NCBI GenBank assembly: GCA_963823035.1
Contig: CAWGKG010000023.1
Location: forward strand, 96,001-160,000
Reading direction: 5' to 3'
DNA from: an uncultured Gemmatimonadales bacterium
GTDB lineage: Bacteria; Gemmatimonadota; Gemmatimonadetes; Longimicrobiales; Gaopeijiaceae
DNA: 64,000 nucleotides
The notes below the pieces were generated by a model. That model saw only the letters and a program-made list of their open reading frames with translations. It was not told the DNA's origin and did no database searches. This document shows positions 1 to 10,522 of this stretch, piece by piece. The stretch's first letter is position 1. Each line of letters begins with the position of its first letter. The translations under genes and the position numbers were made by a program.

Positions 1-2081
1 TCGCGACGATGTCGGCCCACCTGATCGCGCCGGACGTGCAGTGCCGGAGCCTTCGACCAGGTCCGGGCCGACCTCGAGCTGGCCAGCTCGCCGCGCGAGG
101 TCCGGGCGATGCGGGTGGTGTCCGGCGAGCGCGTGCTCGCGGAAACGGTCGCCGGCTCCGGCCGCTCGAGCGCATCGGTTCGGCAGTTCTCCATCCCGGT
201 CACCGACACCGCAGGGGACGTGCTCGCACGATTGGACGTCTTCGTCTCCACGGAGAGCGTGGCGAGCGAGGTGGCCCGCCTGCGGTGGACCATGGCGGGC
301 TACAGCGTCGTGTTCCTGATCCTCGGTCTCGTGGCCATCAGGGTGCTGACGGACCGCCTCACCCGTCCCCTCGCGTGCATGGTCGAGGTGGCCCAGCACA
401 TCGCGGACGGCGATCTCTCCCAGCGGGCACAGCCCTCGTCGATTCCGGATGTCGCGCGACTGGCGAGCAGCTTCAACCAGATGGTCGAGCGACTCCAGGC
501 CAGCCAGGCGCTCCTCGAGAACATCCTGGAGGGACTCCCGGCGCCGGTGGCGCTCTTCGACGCGGACCTGCGGTGCGTCTATCACAACCGGGCCGCACTG
601 GGGTGGCCCGCCCGACCCGAGCCGGAGCCCCGCGATCCTTCGCTCTTCTGGGAACGGCTGCCCGCGTCACCGGAGGCGCTGACGCGCATGAAGCGTGGGT
701 CTCCGACGGTCGCTGGAGAGCGGCGTACCCGCGTACATGGAAGAGACCATGCCCGGCCCGCCCGAGCGCACGTATCTCTTCTTCGCCAGCCCGTTCGGCC
801 AGGGGAGTCAGGCGGGCGTGATCGGGTACGGCGCGAACATCACCGAGCTCAAGGCCGCGCAGAAGGCGCTCGCGCACAGCGAGGAACGCCTCCTGCAGGC
901 CCAGAAGATGGAGGCGGTGGGGCGCCTCGCAGGCGGCGTGGCGCACGACTTCAACAACCTGCTCACCGTCATCGGCGGCAACGTCGACCTCCTTCGCACG
1001 GAGGCGGGGTACGACCCCGTGCTCGACGAGGTCTCCGAGGCCACCGCACCGCGCGGCCGCGCTCACCGCCCAGCTCCTGGCCTTCAGCCGCAAGCAGGTG
1101 TTGAAGCTCGAGCAGCTCGACGCCGACGAGGTGCTCATCGGTGTGAAGAAGCTGTTGCGCCGCCTGATCGGCGAGGACGTCGAGCTGGTCACGGACTTCG
1201 GCGTGGACGGCCGCCGCTGCGTGACGATGGACCGCGGACAGCTCGGGCAGATCGTCATGAACCTGGCGGTGAACGCCCGCGACGCCATGCCCCACGGTGG
1301 CCGGCTTCTCATCCAGACCCGTCTCACCAGCGAGGGGCCTCCGGGACGCGAGCCCCTCGACGAGCAGGACGAGTGGATCGTCATGGAGATCGCCGACACG
1401 GGCGTCGGGATGGACGCCGAGACGCGCTCGAAGATCTTCGAGCCGTTCTTCACGACGAAGCCGACGGGAGAGGGAACCGGCCTCGGTCTCGCGACCGTGT
1501 ACGCGATCCTCACGGAGGCGTCGGGCGCGATCGACGTGGAGAGCGAGCCCGGCGGCGGCACCACCTTCCGCATCTGGCTGCCCGCCCATCGGCCGGTGTC
1601 GCCCGCTTCCGCCGGCGAGCACGAGGAGGAGTTCTCCGGAACCGAGACGATCCTGGTCGTCGAGGACGAGCCGGCCGTGCGGGCGCTGGTGGCGAGGGTC
1701 CTGGAGCAGATCGGCTACACCGTCCTGACCGTCAACGACCCCATCTCGGCGCTCGCCCATTTCGCGCCCGGGGTCAGTCCGCCCGATCTCCTCCTGACCG
1801 ACGTGGTCCTGCCCGGGATGAACGGGCGGCAGCTCGCCGACCAGCTCCGCCAGAGCGTGGACGGCCTGCGGGTCCTGTTCATGTCGGGCTATACGGACGA
1901 CGCCGTCGTCGTGCGCGGCGTGCTCTCCGAGGAGATGGCGTTCATCCAGAAGCCGTTCAGCCGGGCGAAGCTCGCGCGTGCTGTGCGCGATGCGCTCGAC
2001 GCCCCCCCCGCAGGGACGGGAGGCACGCGTCGGATCCGGCCGTGCGCGCGGTGGTGGGGGGCCCTGGTCGCCACTCCCTGA
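1..2081 (+). CDS. Hybrid sensor histidine kinase/response regulator (HAMP-PAS-HisKA-HATPase-REC); probably 5'-partial, frameshifted
   Basis: Joined from three frames. 109-~700 gives TM+HAMP (LTRPL...[11 protein letters not shown]...LASSFNQM) and PAS. 695-~1050 gives the H-box [23 protein letters not shown]. 1098-2081 gives [30 protein letters not shown] and a REC domain ([26 protein letters not shown]). Confidence 0.88.
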
Positions 2082-2111
2082 TCGCTCCCGCCAGGGCGGC
2101 GTGACGGCTCC

Positions 2112-4769
2112 TCAGCGCACGGCCTCGATGCGCGCGCCGAGCACCTCGGTGGTCGCGGCGTCCGCGCGGCCCCGCTGACCCGGCTGCTTCCCTCCGACCG
2201 AGATCGTGAAGGCACCGGGCTCGACCACGCTCCGCCCCTCTGCGTCGACCAGCGAGAACGCCTCCCCCGGCACGGTCAGGGAAACCCTCCGGCGCTCCCC
2301 CGGCGCGAGGGAGACGCGCGTGAACCCGGCCAGGGAGCGGATCGGCACCGGGACCGACGCCTCTTCGTCCGTCACGTAGAGCTGAACCACCTCGTCGGCC
2401 TCGACGGCGCCCGCGTTCTCCACCTCGACGGACACGTCGACGTCGTCGCCCGCCCGGAAGCGACCCGGCACGCGCAGGTCGCGGTAGCGGAAGCGTGCGT
2501 AGCTCAACCCGTGTCCGAAGGGGAAGAGCGGGTCGCCTCGGAAGTAACGGTACGTGCGCCCCTCCATCGCGTAGTCGGAGAACGGCGGGAGCTGGTCGAC
2601 CGACCCGTAGAAGGTCACCGGAAGACGGCCGCCTGGGCTGACGCCGCGCAGCAAGACGTCCGCGAGCGCGTCGCCGGCGGCCTGGCCGGGATACCACGCC
2701 GTGACGATCGCGGGAACGTGCTCGGCGGCCCACGGAATGGCGAGCGCGCTGCCCGTGGTGAGCACCAGCACGACCGGCTTGTCCGTGGCCACCACGGCGC
2801 GCAGCAGCTCCTCCTGCGGGTCGGGCAGCCCGATCGAGACGCGGTCCCCGCCGGAGAATCCCGGCACCTGGACCGGCATCTCCTCCCCCTCGAGGCGCGG
2901 CGACAGCCCCAGGACCAGCACCGTGACGTCCGCGCCCTCGGCCGCCCTCACCGCCTCCCCCAGAAGGTCGGGCGCCGGGGGCGCCCACACGAGCTGGAGC
3001 TGAGCGTCCAACCTGCGGTCCCGGTACTCCACCCGGAGCCGGCGCCCCTCCCCCGCGGTCAGATCCACCCACCCGGTATGCGTGCCGACGACGTGGCGGT
3101 CGCCGAACTCCACCACGAGCGAGTCGTCGAGGAAGACCCGCGCCTCCCCGTTCACGCGCACGCCGAGCGCGTAGCGCCCCGTCACGGGCGGAACGAGCGT
3201 CCCCGTCCACCGCACCGAGAAGGAGTCGGCGGGCATGCCCGGAAGCGGTGCGCCGCGCCACCACTGGTGGTCCACGGCGTCCTCCGGCCGCTCCGCGAAC
3301 GGCGCGGCCGAGAAGTCGTGGCCCGTCCAGTAGCGGGCCGTCAGGTCCCGAAGCGCCGAGGCGGGCACCGGCACCACGGACGGGACGCCCGTCGCCACGT
3401 CCGAGCCACGCGCGTACGTGACCTCGATGCCCCGCTCGGCCGCAGCGCGCCGGATCCCGTCGAGCGGCGTGACCGGCGCCTCCGGCCACCCGTTGTAGTT
3501 GCCGAGAAGGAGCTCGACGTCGTCGGCGTCCGGCCCGATCACGGCGACGCGCCGCACGCCCTCCAGGGGAAGGAGCGATCCCTCGTTCTGCAGCAGCACG
3601 ATGGACTCGCGCGCCGCGACGCGCGCGAGCGCCCGATGCTCCTCGGAGTCCACCACGTCCGGCGACACGCGAGCCCACGGTCCGCGTCCGGGTGGGTCGA
3701 ACAGCCCCAGGCGGAAGCGCGCGTCCAGGACACGGCTGAGCGCCGTGTCCACCTCCGCCTCCGTGACGAGCCCGCGCCGCACGGCCTCGGGGAGGCTGCG
3801 GTACTCGGGACCGCAGACGATGTCGGTGCCTGCGCGCAGGGCACGACCGGCCGCGTCGGGCTCGTCGGGAGACACCCCGTGCCCGTTCACGAAGTCCGAG
3901 AGCGCCCAGCAGTCCGAGACCACGTAGCCACGGAAGCCCCACTCATCGCGTAGCACGTCCTGCAGGAGCCGCTGGCTGGCGCACGCGGGATCGCCGTACA
4001 CGCGGTTGTAGGCGCACATGACCGAGACGACGCCGCCCTGCTCCACGGCCATGCGGAAGGCGGGGAGGTACGTCTCCCGCAGATCGCGCTCGGAGACCAC
4101 CGCGTCGAAGGAATGACGGTCCGGCTCCGGGCCCGAGTGCACGGCGTAGTGCTTGGCGGTGGCCACGGTGCGCAGGTGCTCCGGGTCGTCGCCCTGCATC
4201 CCGTGGATGAACTGCACCGCGAGGCGTCCGGTGAGGAAGGGATCCTCGCCGTACGTCTCCATCCCCCGCCCCCAGCGCGGGTCCCGGAAGATGTTGATGT
4301 TCGGGGAGAAGAAGGTGAGCCCCTCGTAGATGCCGCGGCTCCCGAGGCGCACCGCCTCGTCGTGCTTGGCGCGCGCCTCCATCGACGTCGCCGTCGCGAC
4401 CCGCAGCATGAGGTCGGCGTCCCACGTCGCGGCCAGCCCGATCGCCTGGGGGAAGACGGTGGCCCGGCCCGCCCTCGCGACGCCGTGCAGCGCCTCGCTC
4501 CACCAGTCGTAGGCCGGCACGCCGAGCCGCGGGATGGCGGCAGCCTCGTGCACGAGCTGGCCGGCCTTCTCCTCCAGCGACAAGCGTCCGACCAGGTCGC
4601 GGACCCTCGCCTCGATCGGGAGGGAGGGATCGCGGAACGGGAGCGCCTCCGCGGCCGGTGCGACCACGTTACCGGGCGTCACGGACGGAGCCGGCGGCGG
4701 CGCCCCGCAGGCCACGGCCAGCAGCGCCGCCACGGCGGCCAGCCGACGCGCCGCCCCACGGGTCGACAC
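2112..4769 (-). CDS. Glycoside hydrolase family 3 (beta-glucosidase/xylosidase) with PA14 insert and Fn3-like C-terminus; probable lipoprotein
   Basis: WWSEALHGVA, RDPRWGRGMETYGEDP, KHYAVHSGPE, nucleophile motif GYVVSDCWA, PA14-like DSFSVRWTG, LFPFGHGLSY. N-terminal lipobox-like LAVAC. Confidence 0.93.
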   Translation of the reverse strand: MSTRGAARRLAAVAALLAVACGAPPPAPSVTPGNVVAPAAEALPFRDPSLPIEARVRDLVGRLSLEEKAGQLVHEAAAIPRLGVPAYDWWSEALHGVARAGRATVFPQAIGLAATWDADLMLRVATATSMEARAKHDEAVRLGSRGIYEGLTFFSPNINIFRDPRWGRGMETYGEDPFLTGRLAVQFIHGMQGDDPEHLRTVATAKHYAVHSGPEPDRHSFDAVVSERDLRETYLPAFRMAVEQGGVVSVMCAYNRVYGDPACASQRLLQDVLRDEWGFRGYVVSDCWALSDFVNGHGVSPDEPDAAGRALRAGTDIVCGPEYRSLPEAVRRGLVTEAEVDTALSRVLDARFRLGLFDPPGRGPWARVSPDVVDSEEHRALARVAARESIVLLQNEGSLLPLEGVRRVAVIGPDADDVELLLGNYNGWPEAPVTPLDGIRRAAAERGIEVTYARGSDVATGVPSVVPVPASALRDLTARYWTGHDFSAAPFAERPEDAVDHQWWRGAPLPGMPADSFSVRWTGTLVPPVTGRYALGVRVNGEARVFLDDSLVVEFGDRHVVGTHTGWVDLTAGEGRRLRVEYRDRRLDAQLQLVWAPPAPDLLGEAVRAAEGADVTVLVLGLSPRLEGEEMPVQVPGFSGGDRVSIGLPDPQEELLRAVVATDKPVVLVLTTGSALAIPWAAEHVPAIVTAWYPGQAAGDALADVLLRGVSPGGRLPVTFYGSVDQLPPFSDYAMEGRTYRYFRGDPLFPFGHGLSYARFRYRDLRVPGRFRAGDDVDVSVEVENAGAVEADEVVQLYVTDEEASVPVPIRSLAGFTRVSLAPGERRRVSLTVPGEAFSLVDAEGRSVVEPGAFTISVGGKQPGQRGRADAATTEVLGARIEAVR

Positions 4770-4777
4770 CCCTTCGC

Positions 4778-6988
4778 CTACCGGGGCGACAGCCCGGGCG
4801 GGGGTACCCCGTCGGCATCGAGGCCGAGGAGCCCGCCCACGACGGGATCGAAGGGGTTGTCACGCTTCGACGCCCGCCCCGGCGAGCCGCAGCCGGAGTC
4901 CGGATCCGCGTAGAAGTCGATCTGGGCCCGCTCGCCCCACCCGAGGGTGACCGACTGCGCGTTGACGCGCACGTCGAACGAGCACGAGATGTCGTCCACC
5001 CGGACCACGTACGTGCCCACGGCGACGGGATCGAAGAAGTAGAACCCGCCCGAGTCGGAGTTGGTGACGACCAGCGCCGGGCCGCCGACCAGGTTCACCT
5101 TCACCGGGCCGGACCCGAGGCAGTCGATCGGGTCGGACGTGTAGCAGTAGTAGAACGTCCCGAAGATCGACGGGTCCGGTATGATCACGGTCTCCACGTT
5201 GGAGGGCTCGGAGCACGTGCCGCCGATGCACGCGCGCACCCGGTAGTAGAGCACGCGGGCCGGGAAGGGAGCGTCCTGGCTGGCGTACGGGACGTTCATC
5301 GGGGCCGTGGCCGCCGGCTCGAAGCCGCTCGAGGCGGAGACCGTGCTGCTCTCGACCCGGAACTCCGTCTCGGACGAGCTGTTGTCCGTCCACCCGAAAT
5401 AGAGCGCGGGGGAGTCGAAGGTCGCGTAGAACCCCGAGGGCGGCGTCGGTGCCGTCCTGAACGAGCGGATGTCGCTCTCGGACGTCCCGGCGTCGTTCGT
5501 GGCCACCACACGGAAGTAGTAGGTCGAGCCCTCCGGCTTCAGGCCCGTGATCGTTCGATCGATCTGCTGCTCCGGCAGGCCGCCGTCCAGAGCCACGTCG
5601 GGCGTCACGCTCGGCGTCGACAGCGACGGGTCGGTCCCCCACTCGAAGTGCGCGAGCGTGGGGGTGCCGCGCGGGTCGACCGTCCCGATGAGCCGGGCCG
5701 TGGTCGACGTCACGGGCGACGGATCCAGCGTCGCGACGCTCGGCGGCGCGAGCGGCCGCGTGGTGAAGCTCTCGACCTCGCCCTCCCGCTCCCCACCGTC
5801 GTTGGACGCCACGGCGCGGAAGTAGTACTCCGTGGCCGGGTCGAGCCCGTCCACTTCCGCCGCGAGGCTCTGCTCGGCCTCACCGGAGCCGATGTCCATG
5901 TGGGGCGTCTCCGACGACGTCCCCAGCGCGGGATCGGTGCCGTAGCGGAACCAGGCGGTCGCCGGGCTTCCCTTGGCGCTCACGGTGGCGTGCAGCGTGG
6001 CCGTGAAGACCCCGACGTCACTGGCCGGGTCGGTGCCCACGGTCGGTAGCGGCGCGACCACCTCGACGGTGGCCTCCCCGGTCGCCGAGCCCACGGTGGC
6101 CCGGATCGTCGCGTTCCCCTTCGCGACCCCGAGGACCAGCCCCGACGCGTTGACGGACGCGATGCCCTCGTCCGAAGAGCTCCACGTGGCAGCCTCGTCC
6201 GGAAGAGGATGGCCCAGCGCGTCCGCGGCGGTGGCGGTGAGCTGCAGGGTCTCCCCGATCGGAAGCGAGCCCGACGCGGGGATGACCTCGACGCTCGCGG
6301 CGACGATGTCGACCACCACCCGCACGTTGCTCGTGAACGGCGGGAAGGCCGCCTGCAGCAGCCCCGCCCCCGAGCGCAGGGCCACCACCGAGCTGGTGGT
6401 GCCGTTCGTCTCGACCGACACGATCCCCGGGGTGAGCGACGTCCACTGCAGGTGCAGGCTCGTCGCCACGTCTCCCGTGACGAACAGCACATCGCCGGGC
6501 AGCGCGACGGTCTCCCCCAGGGAGGAGAGCGTGGGGAGCGACTCCGGCACGGAGATCGAGGCCGCCACGGGCACGAGGGTCAGGTCCGCGGCCACCACGT
6601 CGTTCGGCACCAGCGTGAGCGAGGCGCTGCCCGTGAAGAGGGGGCTCAGGTCACGCAGGAGGGTGATGTCCAGCTCGGCCGGCGTGTCCTCCTGGACCAG
6701 GACGCTGATCGGGACGTGCGTCTCGGCCTGCGGCTCGAAGGGTGCGGTGCGCTCCAGGAGAACCGCGCCCCCGCTCCGGAGCCGGATGTGCACGATGTTG
6801 GCCGCGTCGTACGCGTCGCCCTCGCCTCCACCCCCCACCTCCGCCTGGAGCATGATGGCCACCGCCAACTGGGCGGGGTAGCCCCGTCCATCCGGTGTGG
6901 TGGGCCCACCGTCGCACGCCGCGAGGAGCGCGAGGGTGCCGGCCAGCGCGAGCCGGGCGAGGCCGGCCGAGGCTCTCGGAGCGCTCAT
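4778..6988 (-). CDS. Surface lipoprotein with Big_2 Ig-like and FN3-like repeats
   Basis: Lipobox LLAAC. Big_2 signature ATWSSSDEGIASVNASGLVLGV. FN3-like repeats GLDPATEYYFRAVASN and GLKPEGSTYYFRVVATN. C-terminal SdrB-like TNSDSGGFYFFDPVAVGTYVV. Start overlaps the upstream stop (ATGA). Confidence 0.78.
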   Translation of the reverse strand: MSAPRASAGLARLALAGTLALLAACDGGPTTPDGRGYPAQLAVAIMLQAEVGGGGEGDAYDAANIVHIRLRSGGAVLLERTAPFEPQAETHVPISVLVQEDTPAELDITLLRDLSPLFTGSASLTLVPNDVVAADLTLVPVAASISVPESLPTLSSLGETVALPGDVLFVTGDVATSLHLQWTSLTPGIVSVETNGTTSSVVALRSGAGLLQAAFPPFTSNVRVVVDIVAASVEVIPASGSLPIGETLQLTATAADALGHPLPDEAATWSSSDEGIASVNASGLVLGVAKGNATIRATVGSATGEATVEVVAPLPTVGTDPASDVGVFTATLHATVSAKGSPATAWFRYGTDPALGTSSETPHMDIGSGEAEQSLAAEVDGLDPATEYYFRAVASNDGGEREGEVESFTTRPLAPPSVATLDPSPVTSTTARLIGTVDPRGTPTLAHFEWGTDPSLSTPSVTPDVALDGGLPEQQIDRTITGLKPEGSTYYFRVVATNDAGTSESDIRSFRTAPTPPSGFYATFDSPALYFGWTDNSSSETEFRVESSTVSASSGFEPAATAPMNVPYASQDAPFPARVLYYRVRACIGGTCSEPSNVETVIIPDPSIFGTFYYCYTSDPIDCLGSGPVKVNLVGGPALVVTNSDSGGFYFFDPVAVGTYVVRVDDISCSFDVRVNAQSVTLGWGERAQIDFYADPDSGCGSPGRASKRDNPFDPVVGGLLGLDADGVPPPGLSPR

Positions 6989-8119
6989 GAGCCACCCCGA
7001 ACGCGCGTCGTGAGCCCGATCTCGAACCCGAGCAGGCTCCCCGAGTTGCCGGGCACGACCTCGAGCTGTCCGATGTGGATCCTGGCCGAGGGCGCGAAGG
7101 TGGCTCTCTCGCCGCGCAGCTCGAGCGTGGCGCCGACGCCGAGGTCGATCCCCTGCCCCGCCGAGTCCGCGCGTCGCAGCATGCGGATCTCGGCGTCCGG
7201 TTGGAGAACGGCCTCACCGATCGGGCGCCGGAAGCCTCCGCCCAGCGAGGAAGAGGTTCTGCGAGGACGATTCCCTGGCGATGGGGAGCTCGGAGAGGAG
7301 CGAGCCGCCCTGGCGGTGCGTGACCCCGGCGTAGACGATGCCGCTCGAGGTCGCGCTCATCGGGAAGGCCAGGCTGCCCATCACCTGGAAGCGGTTCCCC
7401 GACTGGAAGAGGTTGTCCCCGTTCACCTGGTCCTTCCCATAGGCATGGACGGCGACCTGGAGCGAGGCCTTGGAAGCCTCGCCGACCGTGCCGTCGAGCG
7501 CACCGACGATCCGGAACAGCGTGCCCGGACGGTAGGCGAACAGCCCACCCTCCAGCGGCTCGAACTCCCGCCCCGCGATCACGCCGACCGCGAGCCCCGC
7601 GCCGACCGGGCCGAGGGGCCGTGCCACCGAGGCGTTCACGCCGGCGCCGCCCCCACTCCCCCAGTTCGCGATGGAGAAGGGGAAGAGGTCGGAGGCCAGA
7701 GCGCCCGCCACGATCGACTCCCGGAGCGTCTGCGACTCCTTCCCCGTGGGCGCGATGAGCACCCCGGAGACCTTGAAGTAGAGGTTGGGCGAGTAGGTGA
7801 GCGTGAGCTGTGTGTCCGTGAGGCCGGTCACGTCCAGCGAGCCGGACGCACGCCCCAACGTTCCCTTCCCCCACGACCCGTCCACCGCCAGCGACAGGCG
7901 ATCGACCAACGGGGTGGTCGCCGCGAAGTGGAGGGCGATCAGGCGCAGGTTCTGCACGCCCAGCGTGGCGGCCTCGTCGAAGGAGTAGCCCTGGAAGGAG
8001 AGCGTCGCTCCCACGGAGGTCCCGCTCGACTGCGCGAAGGCACGCCCGGCGGCGACCGTCAGAGCGAGGGCGGTGAGGACCGTCACCCGGCGGAGAGGAC
8101 CCGCGATCCGGCGGCTCAT
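6985..8119 (-). CDS. Probable outer-membrane beta-barrel protein (frameshift near 7200-7250)
   Basis: Signal peptide (AFA/Q) and alternating amphipathic strands. ORFs 7214-8119 and 6985-7182 join to end GFEIGLTTRVRGGS. ATGA-coupled at both ends. Confidence 0.55.
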
Positions 8120-9462
8120 CGGTCACCTCCCGGCCTGCGGAAGATGATCTCCACGGTCGAGCCGGACGCACCGATGCCCTCCCGCCCCAGCAGCTCGGGC
8201 ACAGGGTCGCGGCCGAGGAGCCCGGGCAGCAGTCCCTCGAGGTCCGAGAAGGAGGTCAGGCGGGTGAGCCACTCCACGTACTCGGTCTGCGTGCCACCGC
8301 CCAGGGCGGCGAGGCCTTCCCGCACGAAGGACCCGATCTCCACGCCCGTCGCCACGGCGAGCGAGCCGGCCTCGCGGGCCTTGGTCGAGGCGGCGCTGAA
8401 GTCGGGATCGAGGCGGGCCGCCTCGGAGAAGTGCTGCTCCGCCTCCTCGTACCGTCCGGCGTCCTGCGCCTCCAACCCGAGTCCGAAGGCGAGCAGCGCG
8501 TTCAGGTTCTCGGTCGGGTTGTGCGACACCGCCTCACGCTCGGCCGGCGTCAGCTGGATGTTCATCGACTGGAAGATGTCCAGCACCATCTGGTTCTCCA
8601 TGTCGAAGAACCTCTGCGCGGGGTCGCGGGCCGAGAGCGGGGCCCCGGACGCCGCGGAATCCCCGACCTGGACGACCCTCGCCTCCATGACCAGCTCCGC
8701 CTCGTTCCCGTCGAGCACGCCCTGCACCACCCGGGCCGCGCCCAGCAGGTGGCCGCTGCGTACCGCGGTGGCCGGATCCACCCGCCCCTGCGCGGTCAAG
8801 CCCATCTCGTCGAGGAGGAGCTGGACGCGCGTCCGCTCCAGCACGCGCAGGCGGCTGGACTGAGCGAGGTCCGTGGTGATCATCTCGGCCAACGCGCGAC
8901 CGAGAGGACTCAGGCGGTCGTCCGAGCCCTGGTAGACGAAGGGGAACACGCCGACCGTGCGCGGCTCGGGCGGCGTGTCGGCCAGCTCGGCCTCACGCGC
9001 GAGGGCCGCGTCGACCGAGCGTTGCAGGGCCCGGCGTCGGACCACCTCGAGCCGCCGCGTCAGCTCGTCCCGCAGCGCTCCGCGCGGGTGCTCGTCCAGG
9101 TAGCGCCGATACAGCATGCCCGCGATCGAGTCGGCGCCCGCTTCGTCGTACACGGCCCCGAGCACGAAGATGGCCTCCTCGGAGCCCGGATCGCGCTGCA
9201 GGGCCTGCTCCAGCACGCGCCGCGCGTCGTTCAGCCGTCCGGCCGCCCTGTACGCCGCCCCCAGCCGCACCCGCAGGTCCACGTCGGCCGGGGAAGACGC
9301 GACGGCCCGCTCCAGCCCGGGGATCTCCTCGGGGCCCGGGGTCCGAGGGGCGCGGAAGCCGGCCCCCGCGCAACCCCAGAACAGGCCGAGACCCACGGTG
9401 ACGAGGAGCTGTGCGGGAGACGGGAATCCCAGCCTGGAGGCGCGAGACCCTGTGACAGCCAT
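8116..9462 (-). CDS. TPR + CsgG/HfaB(FlgO)-like domain lipoprotein
   Basis: ATG 9462 with GAGG RBS. Lipobox-like FWGC. TPRs (LGAAYRAAGRLNDARRVLEQAL; GRYEEAEQHFSEAARLDPDF). CsgG-like block TVGVFPF...AEMITTDL...LRVLERTRVQLLLDEM...GHLLGAARVVQG. Confidence 0.75.
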   Translation of the reverse strand: MAVTGSRASRLGFPSPAQLLVTVGLGLFWGCAGAGFRAPRTPGPEEIPGLERAVASSPADVDLRVRLGAAYRAAGRLNDARRVLEQALQRDPGSEEAIFVLGAVYDEAGADSIAGMLYRRYLDEHPRGALRDELTRRLEVVRRRALQRSVDAALAREAELADTPPEPRTVGVFPFVYQGSDDRLSPLGRALAEMITTDLAQSSRLRVLERTRVQLLLDEMGLTAQGRVDPATAVRSGHLLGAARVVQGVLDGNEAELVMEARVVQVGDSAASGAPLSARDPAQRFFDMENQMVLDIFQSMNIQLTPAEREAVSHNPTENLNALLAFGLGLEAQDAGRYEEAEQHFSEAARLDPDFSAASTKAREAGSLAVATGVEIGSFVREGLAALGGGTQTEYVEWLTRLTSFSDLEGLLPGLLGRDPVPELLGREGIGASGSTVEIIFRRPGGDR

Positions 9463-9599
9463 GATTGCCTCGGACGAGTCGATGAGGTCCGCCGCGGCGT
9501 GGGGCCAGGACACGTCCAGGATGCGGATGGGGGAGGCCGCAGGTCGGGCGGGCACGTGGCCCCCGCGCCGCAGCGAACGGAGCCGAAAAAGCGGCAGCC

Positions 9600-9629
9600 A
9601 ATATAGGCCCGGCCGTCGAAAGCGGGCAA
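9600..9629 (-). promoter_or_regulatory. Candidate sigma70-type promoter for the TPR-CsgG operon
   Basis: Minus strand TTGCCC-N18-TATATT in the divergent intergenic region 9463-9764. Confidence 0.3.
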
Positions 9630-9764
9630 CGACGCCCCACGACGCCAGGCTTTCGGGGAAATCGCGGCGGGTCGATATTGGAAGACCACCCCCCGGCTAC
9701 GCTCGCCCCCTCACCTCTTCGGCCGGCGGGCGGGGGCGTTTCCGGAATCACCGCAGGAGGTCGT

Positions 9765-10490
9765 ATGGGACCCAGGTTCGCGCGCGTTTCGATGGTCGTC
9801 GCACTCGCGGTGGCAACGTCCTCCGCGCTCGGCGCCCAGGAGAATGCGGAGGATCGGCGCCCCGGCGTCGCCGTGCTTCGCTTCGACAACGGCGGCTCCC
9901 ACGGCCAGCAGGCCGAGGAAGGGGACTTCGCAGCGCTCGAGGTGGGGCTGCAGCAGATGCTCCTCACCGAGCTGTCGCAGAGCACGGACCTGCGCATCAT
10001 CGAGCGCGGCCGGCTGAACGACCTCTTGAAGGAGCAGGACCTGGCCGCGGAAGGCCGCGCCAGTCAGGCCGGTGCGGCGCAGATCGGAAAGCTGGTCGGC
10101 GCGCGCTACGTGGTCCTCGGGAGCTTCACGGACCTCTTCGGGCAGTTCCGCATGGACGCCCGCGTCGTGGACGTCGAGACCGGTGACATCCTCGAGAGCG
10201 AGAGCGTGCGCGATCGGCGCGAGAAGATCTACGACCTGCTCGTGGACCTCTCGTCCAAGATCGTCGAGGACATCGACCTCCCCCCGCTCCCCGAGAAGGC
10301 CCAGGAGGCCCGCAAGTCGCGCGACATCCCGCCCGAGGCCATCACGCTCTTCTCGCGTGCGCAGGTGTTCGAGGACGGTGGGCAGAAGGACCGCGCCATC
10401 GAGCTCTATCGTCGGCTGACGAACGAGTTCCCGGACATGGTGCAGGCGAAGCAGGCGCTGGAGCAGCTCACCGGCGAGACCGGCGCCTGA
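9765..10490 (+). CDS. Secreted CsgG/HfaB-family protein with C-terminal TPR
   Basis: AGGAGG RBS before ATG 9765. Signal peptide ending LGA/Q. VAVLRFDN...LRIIERGRLNDLLKEQDL...AAQIGKLVGARYVVLGSF...DARVVDVETG. Confidence 0.8.
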   Translation: MGPRFARVSMVVALAVATSSALGAQENAEDRRPGVAVLRFDNGGSHGQQAEEGDFAALEVGLQQMLLTELSQSTDLRIIERGRLNDLLKEQDLAAEGRASQAGAAQIGKLVGARYVVLGSFTDLFGQFRMDARVVDVETGDILESESVRDRREKIYDLLVDLSSKIVEDIDLPPLPEKAQEARKSRDIPPEAITLFSRAQVFEDGGQKDRAIELYRRLTNEFPDMVQAKQALEQLTGETGA

Positions 10491-10522
10491 CGGACGAGCG
10501 GGTGGGCGCTCCCGGCGTCCCG

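Noticed and set aside
6209..8863. Many long overlapping alternative-frame ORFs (also 29781-32456, 56399-58861, 60734-63244)
   Set aside because: Arg/Pro/Gly-rich or antisense shadows expected at very high GC, lying opposite well-supported genes.
8116..10490. Curli biogenesis (type VIII secretion) locus
   Set aside because: Only CsgG-like domains are present. No curlin repeats or csgE/F seen.
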